DNA of 64,000 nucleotides, from positions 186,001 through 250,000 of the forward strand of contig MU057987.1 of the NCBI GenBank assembly GCA_013265495.1, read 5' to 3'. Of the stretch, positions 24,063-36,700 are shown piece by piece (within the stretch, counting starts at the first letter, position 1; each line of letters begins with the position of its first letter). Both the position numbers and the translations under genes were made by a program. Source of the stretch: Vicugna vicugna. Taxonomy: Eukaryota. The notes under the pieces are model-generated. The model was not told the DNA's origin and did not search any database. It saw only the letters and a list, made by a program, of their open reading frames with translations.

Positions 24063-25956
24063 TTTTTAAAAGGTCCTTAGTAGACATGAGTAAAAGAAGA
24101 CACAAAAAGCCAACTTGCTACTTAAAGCTTTATATTCTACATAGATGTTGATTATCAAGGATGTGTTAAATAATAATTGGACTTATTATTATTTAAGAAG
24201 ATATATTGCAGCCTGTGTTTTTCCAACCAAAATAAAATAAAGCAAAGTAGAAACAGACTAAAGTACAGTCAATCTATTTCAAACTCTAAAATGGAATGCT
24301 TGTCTGCTTTACAACAGACACCGACTTGGATCCTTTCTCCATTCTAAGCCAAAAATCACCTTGCATCTCTCAAATGAAGGACATGCTTTTTAATGTTGCC
24401 TTTTTTTTAATGGCACTAATTTGCTTCATTAACAGTAAGATCAGGTAAAAATTGACATCCAGAATAGTTAGATGAGCCTTTAGAGGAGTTTTTTTTTTAA
24501 CCTAGAACAATCAATTTCATTTTACACACATTATCTCATCGGTCTCTAACGTTGCTCAAGGATGGTGTTATCTACATTTTGCAGATAAGCCTACCCTCCT
24601 CCTCCAAAAAAAAAACCTCTTGAGTCCATCTGAAGATTTGACTAACTGTTGATGTGTGTGTCTATCATGTGTTAATCACTCAAGCAAAATTTGAGTTTTG
24701 CACTCCATAAATTCTGGAAGAATTTAACTAATTAAAAAATTTTAATTCCTAAATTCTGTATTATTCTGCCTGAGATAGCATGGCCCATTCATCAGTTTTC
24801 TTTTTTTTTGTTGTTCTAATTTTACTGTCCTCAAGGTGCTACATGTCAACAGCCTCAGTTATTGTTTACCTAAGAATAAAACTCAAGCTAACGTTGGTCT
24901 TTTGGCTAGGCACAGAGGGCTCCACTGCTGAATAGGAAGTATGGTTGATGGATAAAACATCTAGACTTTTTTTCCATTTGTTGGAAAAGCTAATCTTCAG
25001 ATAGATTTCTCAGCGAAGGTAACAGCTTGCCTTGACAACTCGCTGAGCACAGTATCATCATTTCACACAAAATATATGGCAGGCATTAATTTTCAGTGTC
25101 AGATCAATTCATTGACCACAACTATCAAGAGCACAAAGAGACTGGACAATTAATTCCTTTTTGACATGAAATTACTATATAATGGAACTGCAACCTTCAC
25201 TCTTTCTCCAACCAATTGTCTGATACTCTGCTTTCAGAGGTCACGGAAAGCCCGGTGCAGAAAACCTTTGACCAAAACTCTTGTCATGTTTCTAGACTCG
25301 CTTGCTGATTGACTCATAGCAAATCATTGCTTTCTTTTTAAATGCTTCCCCCATCCTTCTAAAAGTGCTACTTCCGAAGTACAAATATTAGAAACGCATG
25401 AATTTAATTCTACTCTTCCTCACCCCTCCCCTGTAATTGGGTTGATCACATTTTTATTTACATGAGTGTGTCTGCATTATTTGTGCATAAACTGATATAC
25501 ATATATATTTTTTTAATTTGTCTTTTGCTGGTTCCTATCAGAGGTAGTCTCTTGAGTCCTGGGGTCTGGTATCCTGAAGTTTACCTTGAGTGTGAATTTG
25601 ACACCTGATCATTCAGAAGATTTCAATTTTAAGATACCACGTTGTTTTTTCACAGCCAGATAAGACTATTAAATGGCCTTTCCCACACCACACCCCCCTA
25701 TATATCTAGCTTAAGGCCTGCCATGTAGTGGGCATTCAGTGAGTACTTGTTAAGCTAATGAATTAGTTCCTTTTAAAGACATTGTGGCAACGTCTCATTT
25801 ACATGAATTGATCCAGCAAGTGGAGAGCAGATTGTATTTGTCAATGTTAGTCATGTCCACTTCCAGTTAACAAAGGTGCTTTTATGTATTCCTGGGAACG
25901 CTGAAGCAAAGGGCGACATTCCATTCTGCAGAAACTAAGGGGCACTAAGGCGAAAG

Positions 25957-26190
25957 GGAGCTTGGCATAGGGATTGAGGGCGTGGACTCCAGCGCTGAAA
26001 CGCCTGGGTTTGAGACCTGACTTTGCTCTGGGACCTTGGACAAATCATTTAAATTCTTTGTTTAAAGGAAGTGTTAACAGTAGCAACGCCATAGGCTTAA
26101 AGGGAGAGCATCAGATGAGTTAAAGCAATTAAAACAGTTCGTGACACAAAGCAAGATTGTGAATCAGGGAAGGTAGAGTATCTCTATTAT
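25957..26190 (+). mobile_element. MIR SINE
   Basis: GGCATAGGGATTGAGGGCGTGGACTCCAG..GCCTGGGTTTGAG...GACCTTGGACAAATCATTTAA. Confidence 0.75.
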
Positions 26191-26229
26191 TGGTCTCCAA
26201 AAATGTCACTTCCTCACTTAGTTTTCTTT

Positions 26230-26231
<2 letters not shown>

Positions 26232-26274
<43 letters not shown>
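26232..26274 (+). repeat. Poly(T)43 tract
   Basis: Uninterrupted T run, seen directly. Confidence 0.95.
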
Positions 26275-26275
<1 letters not shown>

Positions 26276-26391
26276 GTAATTGTTCTTCTTTCCTTTCTCA
26301 GCTCATTGAGCTTGAATCCAAGTATCAAAATAAATCAAAATACTTTTAAGTATATTTGCCCTCCTAGCTGATATTTAAAAGTAAATGACAA

Positions 26392-26883
26392 AGCAACCTA
26401 TATGTCCATCGACAGATGACTGGATAAGCAAGCTGTGGTATGTTTATACAATGGAATACAACTCAGCCATAAAAAAGAATAAAATTAAGTCATTGGCAGC
26501 AACATGGATGGACCTGGAGATCGTCACACTATGTGAAGTAAGCCAGAAGGTGAAAGAAAAATACGGTATGACATCACTTACATGTGGAATCTAAAGAAAG
26601 GACACAAATGAACTTACTTACAAAACAGAGACAGGCTCACAGACATAGAAAACAAAGTTACGGGATAAACTGGGAGTTCAGGATTGGCAGATACTACTAT
26701 ATGTAAAATAGATAAACAGCGAAGTCCTACTGCAGAGCACAGGAAACTGTATTCAATACCTTGCAATAGCCTATAATGAAAAGGAATATGAAAAGGAATA
26801 TATATATACGTATAATTGAATCACTATGTTCTACACCAGAAAGTAATACAGAATTGTAAATCAACTGTACTTCAATTTTTAAA
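26392..26883 (+). mobile_element. 5'-truncated L1 (artiodactyl/camelid lineage): ORF2p C-terminus plus 3'UTR
   Basis: ORF2p tail KQPICPSTDDWISKLWYVYTMEY..TCGI*. 15-bp TSD with one mismatch: AAAAGTAAATGACAA (26377-91) and AAAAGCAAATGACAA (26884-98). TT|AAAA target site. Confidence 0.95.
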
Positions 26884-27819
26884 AAAAGCAAATGACAATC
26901 AGTTTCCCGCTATTACAGATTCTTCTGGAAAATCCCTTAGGATGCTCTGTGCTGAGTACTGACTCCATGACCTTGCAGGATGCCCAGACCCAGGAGTGCT
27001 CAGATGCCTGCAGGCAGTTCTGAGTGTCTCCTGTCACACTTGTCCTGAGAACAGCAAGAGCCCCTGCGTTCACATGGTGAGACAGACGCCGTGCTGAGTG
27101 CTCTGTGCGCTGATATCCCCACGCACCCTGACCAGGACGGAGCAGTGTCACCCGACAGGACGCAGTATAATCGTGCAGCTCTGGAACACCCAACCACTCT
27201 GCCTGTAGCAAAATGTCTGAGGACATTAAGGGGCTAGTGGGTAAACTAGCTTCAAACAGCCCACATTAGGCTGCTGACAATTCCAGGCTGTACCCAGTTT
27301 CCCACTGGTTTCATGACTTCTGGTGTACGCCCCTCAGTAGAGCTCTTTGACCCTTGGTGTCCCAGGAATTCTGTCCCTTCAAATTTCAGCTTCCTTAGAC
27401 TTAGATCCAACCATCCCTTCTGAACTCACCTTCAGCTTCAGCTCTTTGATTGATGTATCAACAAACCTTGGTCTGAGTCCATCAGCCACTGACCAAGACC
27501 CCTGCCCTACAAACGGGTGACACCGCTCAGGGCCCATGATAAGGGAAATTACTGATCCACATAGAAAGCATTTAGATTAGAATTCAGATTCAGAATATTT
27601 AACCCAAACTGGGTTTTTTAACCTGGACAGGTCTCCTAAAAATTTATTTATTGTCCTTCTGGCCACAGTCCAAAAATTTCACCATTTAAGATTTAATTCC
27701 TTAAAGTCTTAAAAGTGCTCTATTTTTTTAATCTAAAAGACTCTGAGTTTCTAGAAAAGCAGCTCCCTCAGACCATTTGTGCAGCCCTCAATACCATTTG
27801 TGCAGATGTGAGACTCTAG

Positions 27820-27990
27820 GACTTTATTGTATTTAATCTTATGATCTTATCTATCATATTTAATCTGCAAATTAAATCTGCAGACCACACTCACAACAAT
27901 CTCAAAATGAAGAAACTGAGGTTCAGAGAAGACCACATAGCTTTCGGGTACCCAAGAAGTAGATGTGACTCATCCTAAGGCCATCCCCAT
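27820..27990 (-). mobile_element. MIR fragment
   Basis: AAATGAAGAAACTGAGGTTCAGAGAAG antisense core. Confidence 0.55.
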
Positions 27991-30052
27991 TGTATTTCCA
28001 CATTATCTGCTCAACTTTGGTTAACATAAATTTACTGATTTTAATTTAAAAGTTTGGATTTGCCTGAATAACCTTTTATACTTACTGTTTTCTCTCTCCA
28101 CCTAGTTGTTTTGATTCTGTACAGACATCGACCCTGTTCACCAGTTAATTTCAAAGGCTTTTAAATGTCAGGAGTTGAGCTGAGATTTTGTGACTCTCCA
28201 GCCTCTGAACAGGTCATTAGTCTAAAGCACTCTTTAGGCCAACCCATCAGCCCCTCGTGACTCCATATGCCAGTTAAACAGATGCCCACCCTTGATAATA
28301 TCTACTTAAAACCCACAGAGTAAATCTTATAAGTAGCTCTGCAGATTTGGCTATTGAAAGACTAATGGGTCCATATAAAATAATCTTCTTCCAACTTCTG
28401 GGTTTAGGAAAGCCCTAAAAACAAATTAACTTTAATATTTTTCCAAGGTTTGTTAACCTTGCTCGCTCAACAGCTGCTCTGCTTTGATAATGAAAGAGAA
28501 ACGAAGCCATAATGGCCCTAAGGTTGCCAAAATTGGGGGGGTGAACAAGCTTTCTGCACTCTTCAGAACATTCCGTCCCCGTGAAGTATGATTGTCAGAT
28601 TCCAGCCGTCTCAGGACATCTACCTCTCAGCGGTGATGAATGCCACAGTCAGACAGCAAATAGGACTGCAGTGAAATTTAATGTTCACTTTAGATGCTCC
28701 AGTTCTTATTAGAAAAGGTCACTCATTGTCCCACTCAGATGATTAATGCAGACTCTTGCATCTTTACGGGATATTTCTGCAATCTGCGCTGTCTAAGTGA
28801 CCGTTTGTTCCTCATTTTAGACCCTACTAGTGCTTAATATTCAACATGAATTTAGACGGATGGAAAAATGCCACTTTACAGGTTTCTGTAGATTGCCTTT
28901 TTTTTTTAAAGCTTAAATATGGGGTCCAAAGAAAGCACGAAGTCCATTTTCATCAAATTTCCCATAGCAGTTTCCCTTAAATGTAAGCTTAGCATAATTA
29001 CTGTAATAAACAAGCCCCTTTTCGGTGGTACTTGGAAAATGCAAACCAGGACTATTTTCTTTCAGAAGCTGATTAGTTAAATTCTGCCAGACCAGTGGTA
29101 GTGGCAACAATCCGTTCTCATTTTTTTATATTAGAAAAAGCAAAATTTCTTAAAACAAATTCGGTTTACTTTACCCGCTACTGAGTTAGAACATGGACAC
29201 ACAATACTACTTGTATTTTTTGAGGTCAGTTTTGTCATTTTCTGGGGTCAAAGAGAATGAGGATTTCAGGGTTTTTTTTTAATCTACCTATTCAAAGAAT
29301 TCTTAAGGACAAAATTTTCAGCATCAACCACACAAATTTAAACACTGGCATTTCAGTTTCTCTTGTTTTTGCTATCCTTGCCTCTCTTTTTGGTCTGATT
29401 TCTTATTTTCCAAATTGGGAAATCCTGGAAGTACTAAATGGTTAAAGCCCATTTCTATATAAATTTAACTGACATGACATTCACTTGGCTGTACTAATTC
29501 ATTACCAGGCTTATACTTTTTCCCTGGAAAATTTCTGTGGAACCCTGGACGTTGGATGGAGAGAGAATATTTTCCAGATGGAGTTGACCTAGAAGAATTG
29601 CCCCATCACTCACATGGCTTTTTCTCTGTGGCATTTTCCTTCCTCGGCCTCCTAATGGGTTTGTTGTTGAACTGCTGCATGGCTTCTTGATGTCAGTTAC
29701 CTTTCATAACACTACCAAGTTCAATATTTGTAGGCCAAATTGTTTTGGGTTCTGTCACTAATGTTGGTCACAAAGAACCGATCAAATTGTCAACAGTCAA
29801 TGTGAAGGAATCACTTATATAGATCTGGCAGAGTGCAGGTGGAAATGCAGATAGTAAAATAAGATTTTGTTTTCTTTCTACAAGCCAGTCCTGTTTGCCA
29901 AAGGGTTAAATCAGTTCACTTTCAGTGTCATTGCTGGAAGTTGTAACTGGTCATGCAGATGAGCCAAAATCTGGTGAGAAGATAAAAATGATGGGTAATA
30001 GTGAGCCCTTATTGTGATTTCGTCCTTTTGTTTAAAACACACAAATAAGACA

Positions 30053-33000
30053 GGTCCAGCTCAAGATGGCAGAGTAGGAAAATCCTGGACTCACCTCCTC
30101 CCAAACCAAAAGTACAACCACATACAGGACAACTGTCTCTAAGGACAAATGAAGAGCAGCAGAACAGAGTTTTTAATAAGTAAGACATACAGAAAGGGCC
30201 ACACCAATTCAGTAGGAGGGACAGAGATGTGGTCAAATCAGAATCCACACCGCCAATGTGGCAGCCCACAAATGGGATGGATGTCATCACAACGGAGCTC
30301 CCCCGTGAGGAGCAAGGGGACCAAGCCCACTTTGGGGTCCTCAGCCCAGGGCATCAGCACTGGGAACATGAGCTCCCGTAACATCAGACTTTGAAAACCA
30401 GTGGGGCTTGCGTCCAGGAGAACCAGAGGGCTGTGGGAACTAAGACGCTGCTCTCGAAGGGCTCACTCCTGCTTACTCGCTCTGAGGCCCAGCACACAGG
30501 CAGCAGCTTGAAAAGCAACTAGGTCCTATGAGAAGGAGCTTCATTGACTAATTTTGAAGCACAGGCTGGAGAGGCAGGGATCTAGTGCAACTTTCTCTGG
30601 GGGCAGAAGTGCTGGTGGGCATCATTAAAAAATGATGGCTGGGTGCTGGAGGGTGCCATTTCTGTCATTATCCATCAAACTAGCTAACACCATGCACCCT
30701 ACCCTGGCATTCACCTGAGAACCAGCCCTGCTCAACATGCTGACCATTGCTGGTCCCTTCAAAGAGGCTTCCACTCTGCTCCTCCTGGAAGGAGGCCTCG
30801 GCCAGCACCAGCATCCCCTCCAAAGCAGCTCCCACTCTGGGGGCCAGTATCACACACCAGCACGCCCCATAATAGTGGTGGCCAGGCCTTGCAGCCTGCT
30901 GGGCTGGGGCCAGCTCCGCACACCAGTGCACCCACAGCAATGGTAGCCCCATCACAGCAGGAGGGCACACAAGGTCTACCCCTGGAGCACCAGGCTCTAG
31001 TGACCGAGGGGATTGCACCATTAGGCCCCAAAGGACATCATTTCCTTAAGGCCACTCTTTCAAGACCAAGAAACATAATTTATACACCTAATAAAGAGAA
31101 GCAAACACAGAGAGTTAGGCAAAATGAGGAGACAAAGGAATACCTTCCAAATGAAAGAACAAGACTAAACCTCAGAAAATAACAAAATGAAGTAAAGTTA
31201 AGTAATTTACAAGACAAAGAGTTCAAAGAAATAGTCACAAAGATGTTCACAGAACTCTGGAGAAGAATGGATGAACTCAGTGAGAACCTCAACAAAGAGG
31301 AAGTATGAAAAAGAACCAATCAGAACAGAAGCATACAATAACTGAAATGAAAAATACATTAGAAGGAATCAATAACAGATTAGAGGATGCAGAGGACAAA
31401 TGAATCAGTGATCTGTGGACAGGATAGCGGAAATTACTCAATTGGAACATCAAAAAGAAAAAAAATCTAACAAGGATAGTTTAAGAGACTTCTGGAATAA
31501 CATCAAGAATACTATCATGAGAATTATACGGGTCCAAGAAAGAGAAAAGACAGAAAGGGACAGAAAATCCATTGGAAGAAATAATGGCTGAAAACTTCTC
31601 TAACCTGGTGAAGGAAACAGACATCCACCTCAAGGAAACACAGAGAATCTCAAGCAAAATGAATTAAAACAGACCCACGCCAAGACATACTGTAATTAAA
31701 ACACTGAACGTTAAAGAGAGAATCTTAAAAGCAGCAAGAGAAAAACAACTAGTTACAAACAAGGGAACTCCCATAAGACTATGAGCTGATTTTTCAGTAG
31801 AAACTTTACAGGCCAGAAGGCACTGGCATGATATATTCAAGGTACTGAAAGGAAAAGACCTTAAAACCAAGAACACTCTCCCTGGCAAGGTTACCATTCA
31901 GAATTGAAGGCCACATAAAAGTTTCCCAGATAAGCAAGAGCTAAAAGAGTTCTAAACTTGTCTTATGAGAAATATTACAGGGACTTCTTTAAATGGAAAT
32001 GAAAAGGCCATAACTAGAAATAAGAAAATTATGAAAGAAAAAGAAAACTCACAGGTAAAGGTAAACTAAGAGTTGGTTCTTTGAAAAGATAAACACAATG
32101 GATAAACCTTTAGCATGATCTATTAAGAAAAAAGAGAGGATGGGTCCAAATAAATAAAATCAGAAATGAAGAGAGTAGTTACAACCAACACCACAAAAAT
32201 TCAGAGGTTCATGAGAGATTACTGTGAACAGTTATACGGCAACAAACGGATAATCTGAAGAAATGGATAAATTCCTAGAAACACACACTCTTCCAAGACT
32301 GAATCAGGAAGAAACTGAAAATCTGACCAGATTGATCACTCATAATGAAATCAATTCAGTAGTTAAAAAACTTCCAACAAAGTCCAGGACCAGACAGTTT
32401 CACAAGTGAAATCTACCACACATTTAAAAAAGAGTTAACACCTATTCTTCTCAAACTATTGCAAAAAATTGAAGAGAAAGGAATGCTTCCAAACTCATTT
32501 CATGAGGCCAACATTACCCTGATATCAAAGTCAGATGAAAGACACTACAAAAAAAAAGAAGAAAAGAAAATGACAGGCCAGTATCCCTGATGAACACAGA
32601 TGCAAAAATCCTCAACAAAATATTAGCAAACTGAATTCAGCAATACATTAAAAGGACCACATACCATAACCAAGTGGGATTTTTTTCCAGGGATGCAAGA
32701 ATGGTTGAATATCTGCAAATGAATCAACGTGACAGGCCACATTAACAAAACAAAGATTAAAAAACGTACGATCACCTTAATAGATGCATAAAAAGATTTT
32801 GACAAAATTCAACATTTATTTATGATTAAAACTTTAAGCAAAGTGAGTATAGAGGAAACACACCTCAACATAATGAAGGCGAAATTTAACAAACCCACAG
32901 CTAGCATAGAATGCACTGGTGCAAAGCTGAAAGCTTTTCCTCTAGGATCAGGAACAAGACCAGGATACCCACTCTTGCCACTTTTATTCAACATAGTATT

Positions 33001-34250
33001 GGAACCTATAGCCACAGCAATTAGGTAAGAGAAAGAAATAAAAGGCTTCCAGATTAAAAAGGAAGAAATAAAACTCACTATTTGCAGATGACATGATACT
33101 ATATATAGAACACCCTAAAGACTCCACAAAAAATTATTTTAAAAAAATTAATAAATGCAGTAAAGTTTCAGAATACAAAATCAATATACAGAAATCTGTT
33201 GCATTCCTATCTCTATGTTAATAATGAACTATCAGAAAGAGAAGTTAAGAAGACAATCTCATTTACAAGTGCATCAAAAAGAATAAAATACCTAGGAACA
33301 AATTTAACCAAAATGGTGAAATACCTCTACTTTGAAAACTATAAGCCTTTGATGAAAGAAATTGAAGATAACACAAATAAACGGAAATATATACTGTGCA
33401 CATGGAGTGTTAAAATGTCCATACTAGCCCAAGCAATCTATAGAGTCAATGCAATGCTTATCAAAATACCAAGAGCATTTTTCACAGAACTAGAAAAAAA
33501 AATAATCCTAAAACCTGTATGGAATCACAAAAAGATTCAAATAGCTAAAGTGATCTTAAGAAAGAGGAACAAAGCTGGAGGTTTCATGCTCCCTGATTTC
33601 CAACTATATTACAAAGCTATAGTAATTAAAGCTGTATGGTACTGGCACAAAAACAGACACTAGATCAATGGAACAGAATAGAAAGCCCAGAAATAAACCC
33701 ACACTTTCAAGGTCAATTACTCTATGAAAAAGGGAGGCAACTATATACACTGGAGAAAAGGCAGCTTGTTCAATAAATGGTGCTGAGAAAACTTGACAGC
33801 TACATGCAAAATAATCAAACTGGACCATTTTCTCACACTGTCTATAAAAATAAACTCAAATGGTAAAGACTTAAACACCAGACCTAAAACCATAAACTAG
33901 AAGAAAACATAGGCAGTATGCTCTTTGACATCAGTTTTAGCAATACTGTTTTCAATGTTTCCTCAGTCAAGGGCAACAAAAGCAAAGGTAAACAAACAGG
34001 ACTACATCAAACTAAAGAGCTTTTGCACAGTGAGGGAAACTACCAGCAAACCAAGACAGCAGCCTACTGAATGAGAGAAGATACTTGCAAACATATCTGA
34101 TGAGGGGTTAACATCCAAAATATTCAAAGAACTAATTCAGTTCAACATCAAAAACAAACAAACAACCTAATTTAAAAATGGGCAGAGGACCCGAACAGAC
34201 ATTTTGCTGTGGAAGACATACAGATGGCCAACAAACACATTAAAAGTTGC
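30053..34250 (+). mobile_element. Large degraded L1 (Laurasiatherian type): 5'UTR, ORF1 relic (~31124-31992), EN-deleted ORF2 relic with RT domain; 3' end missing
   Basis: CAAGATGGCAG 5' start; ORF1 MRRQRN...GLL*; ORF2 motifs [34 protein letters not shown] (33078-98) and [18 protein letters not shown]; many stops and frameshifts. Confidence 0.95.
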
Positions 34251-34325
34251 ACAGCTTTATAAATAAAAGAATAGTCACTCTATACTTGTATAATATAGGA
34301 GTGAATTGTATGTTGTGTGGCTATC
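34246..34325 (+). mobile_element. Old L1MB/MC-type extreme 3' end fragment, interrupted by the young L1
   Basis: GTTGCACAGCTTTATAAATA...GGAGTGAATTGTATGTTGTGTGGCTATCT resembles the L1M terminal GTTGCACAAC...GGGTGAATTGTATGGTATGTGAATTATATCT. Confidence 0.5.
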
Positions 34326-34327
34326 TT

Positions 34328-35437
34328 TTTTTTAACATTTTTTATTGATTTATAATCATTTTACAATGTTGTGTCAAATTCCAGTGTTCAGCACAATTTT
34401 TCAGTCATTCATGGGCATATACACACTCATTGCACATTTTATTTNNNNNNNNNNNNNNNNNNNNNNNNNNNNNNNNNNNNNNNNNNNNNNNNNNNNNNNN
34501 NNNNNNNNNNNNNNNNNNNNNNNNNNNNNNNNNNNNNNNNNNNNNNNNNNNNNNNNNNNNNNNNNNNNNNNNNNNNNNNNNNNNNNNNNNNNNNNNNNNN
34601 NNNNNNNNNNNNNNNNNNNNNNNNNNNNNNNNNNNNNNNNNNNNNNNNNNNNNNNNNNNNNNNNNNNNNNNNNNNNNNNNNNNNNNNNNNNNNNNNNNNN
34701 NNNNNNNNNNNNNNNNNNNNNNNNNNNNNNNNNNNNNNNNNNNNNNNNNNNNNNNNNNNNNNNNNNNNNNNNNNNNNNNNNNNNNNNNNNNNNNNNNNNN
34801 NNNNNNNNNNNNNNNNNNNNNNNNNNNNNNNNNNNNNNNNNNNNNNNNNNNNNNNNNNNNNNNNNNNNNNNNNNNNNNNNNNNNNNNNNNNNNNNNNNNN
34901 NNNNNNNNNNNNNNNNNNNNNNNNNNNNNNNNNNNNNNNNNNNNNNNNNNNNNNNNNNNNNNNNNNNNNNNNNNNNNNNNNNNNNNNNNNNNNNNNNNNN
35001 NNNNNNNNNNNNNNNNNNNNNNNNNNNNNNNNNNNNNNNNNNNNNNNNNNNNNNNNNNNNNNNNNNNNNNNNNNNNNNNNNNNNNNNNNNNNNNNNNNNN
35101 NNNNNNNNNNNNNNNNNNNNNNNNNNNNNNNNNNNNNNNNNNNNNNNNNNNNNNNNNNNNNNNNNNNNNNNNNNNNNNNNNNNNNNNNNNNNNNNNNNNN
35201 NNNNNNNNNNNNNNNNNNNNNNNNNNNNNNNNNNNNNNNNNNNNNNNNNNNNNNNNNNNNNNNNNNNNNTTAGGTCCCATTTGTTTATTCTTGCTTTTAT
35301 TTCTTCTAGGAGAAAATTTTTGAAATGTATGTCAGATAATGTTTTGCCTATGTTTTCCTCTAGGAGGTTTATTGTATCTTGTCTAATGTTTAAGTCTTTA
35401 ATCCATTTTGAGTTGATTTTTGTATATGGTGTAAGGG
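34328..35437 (-). mobile_element. Young 5'-truncated camelid-type L1 spanning the assembly gap
   Basis: Perfect 14-bp TSD TGTGTGGCTATCTT (34314-27 and 35438-51). The poly-T/3'UTR matches the copy at 60971. The right part encodes ORF2 [15 protein letters not shown] on the minus strand. Confidence 0.93.
34445..35269. other. Assembly gap (825 N)
   Basis: N run. ORF-track entries crossing it are artefacts. Confidence 1.
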
Positions 35438-35889
35438 TGTGTGGCTATCTTAAGTCTAAAAAATGTATAGAGCTTGATAAACCCCACTCAGATATACTTG
35501 GCTCAATTCAAAGGACATTCACGTGCTGGCGGTACTGGCATCTGGGCTTTTTCTATTAAACTTCCAAAAAGATGGGCAGTAACGTGCTGGTAACCACGAG
35601 TCCTGTGAGCAGGTGAGAGACCAGGTGCAAAACTGGGAAAGTACCCTCACCCCACTAACGATGGACAGGCCAGACCTTCACCTGGGATTTGTATCCATTT
35701 GCAACACTATGGTCCCAGAATCTTCGCCCCAGACCACCAGACCCAGCAATTTATGATCATCTGCTCATTTTTGTTGACCTCGTTGGTAGCTTGGTGAAGA
35801 GACAGATAGACTGGACCAAGTCAACAGAATAATATTGTATTCGTAAATAGTCTAGCAGAAAGCTGTACTTCTAATTCATGTGTCCTTGG

Positions 35890-36010
35890 GTAACTCTTAT
35901 GCAAGTGGGCCCCACTTCGGTTCCACAGAAAAAATGAGGGTAGAGCTCAGAAATTTACCTTTTCAATAAATATCCCTGGCAATTCTTCCAACGTAGGTTT
36001 GAAAACCATC
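35890..36010. mobile_element. MER5-like hAT-Charlie fragment
   Basis: GCTCAGAAATTTACCTTTTCAATAAATATCCCTGGCAATTCT...GGTTTGAAAACCA. Confidence 0.45.
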
Positions 36011-36016
36011 AAGTCA

Positions 36017-36700
36017 TTTTTTCTGCTAACTGTATATTTTTAAAAATACCAAATCTATAGAAAATTGACAAATATATAGTACAATGAATGCCCACATAAA
36101 GTATGTGGTTTAGAGTAGATTCACTAGTTGTCACATTTTCTGTCTCTTCTCTCTCTTTAATCAATCACTTTGAGAATAAGCTGCGATCATAATGACACTT
36201 CAAATATTTCAGCTTGTATCACCTGAAAACAAAGACATTTTACTTATAACCATATTGTCACATTTGGGACAGTTAACACTGACACAAAATATTATCAAAT
36301 AACAGTCCTAATATTCCAATTTCCCCAGTTGCCTCAATAATGTCCTTTATAGCTTTTTGGGTTTTTTGGGTCCAAGATCCAGTCAAGAATCCTTCCGTCT
36401 TTTTTGTTTCATGTCACTGACGTCTTTGAAGAGTATAGACTGCTTTGAAGAATGTCCTTCAATTTGAATTTGCTTAATTGTTTCCTGATGATTAGACTTA
36501 CACAGTTTTATCAAGATAACATGCCCGTTTGTTCATTATTGATAATGCTAGGTTTTATCACTTAGTGGAGTGTCCATCATATTTCTCTATTTTAAAGGTG
36601 CTTTTTCTCTTTGTAATTAACAAATAATCTGAGGGTGACACTTTGTAACTAACTACTTATTTTTTTGCATAAGAATTTTCAATGAGGTTGTCTACTATAA
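36017..36700 (-). mobile_element. Old L1 (L1MC4/5-like) 3'UTR
   Basis: TAGTACAATGAATGCCCA; TTTGAGAATAAGCTGC; CAAAGACATTTTACTTATAACCA; CCAATTTCCCCAGTTGCCTCAATAATGTCCTTTATAGC. Confidence 0.8.

Noticed and set aside
32822..33663. RT-like ORFs (68 and 154 aa)
   Set aside because: Fragments of a dead L1 ORF2 with stops and frameshifts.
34345..35559. Longest ORFs in the track (291-404 aa)
   Set aside because: Artefacts of translating through the 825-N gap.
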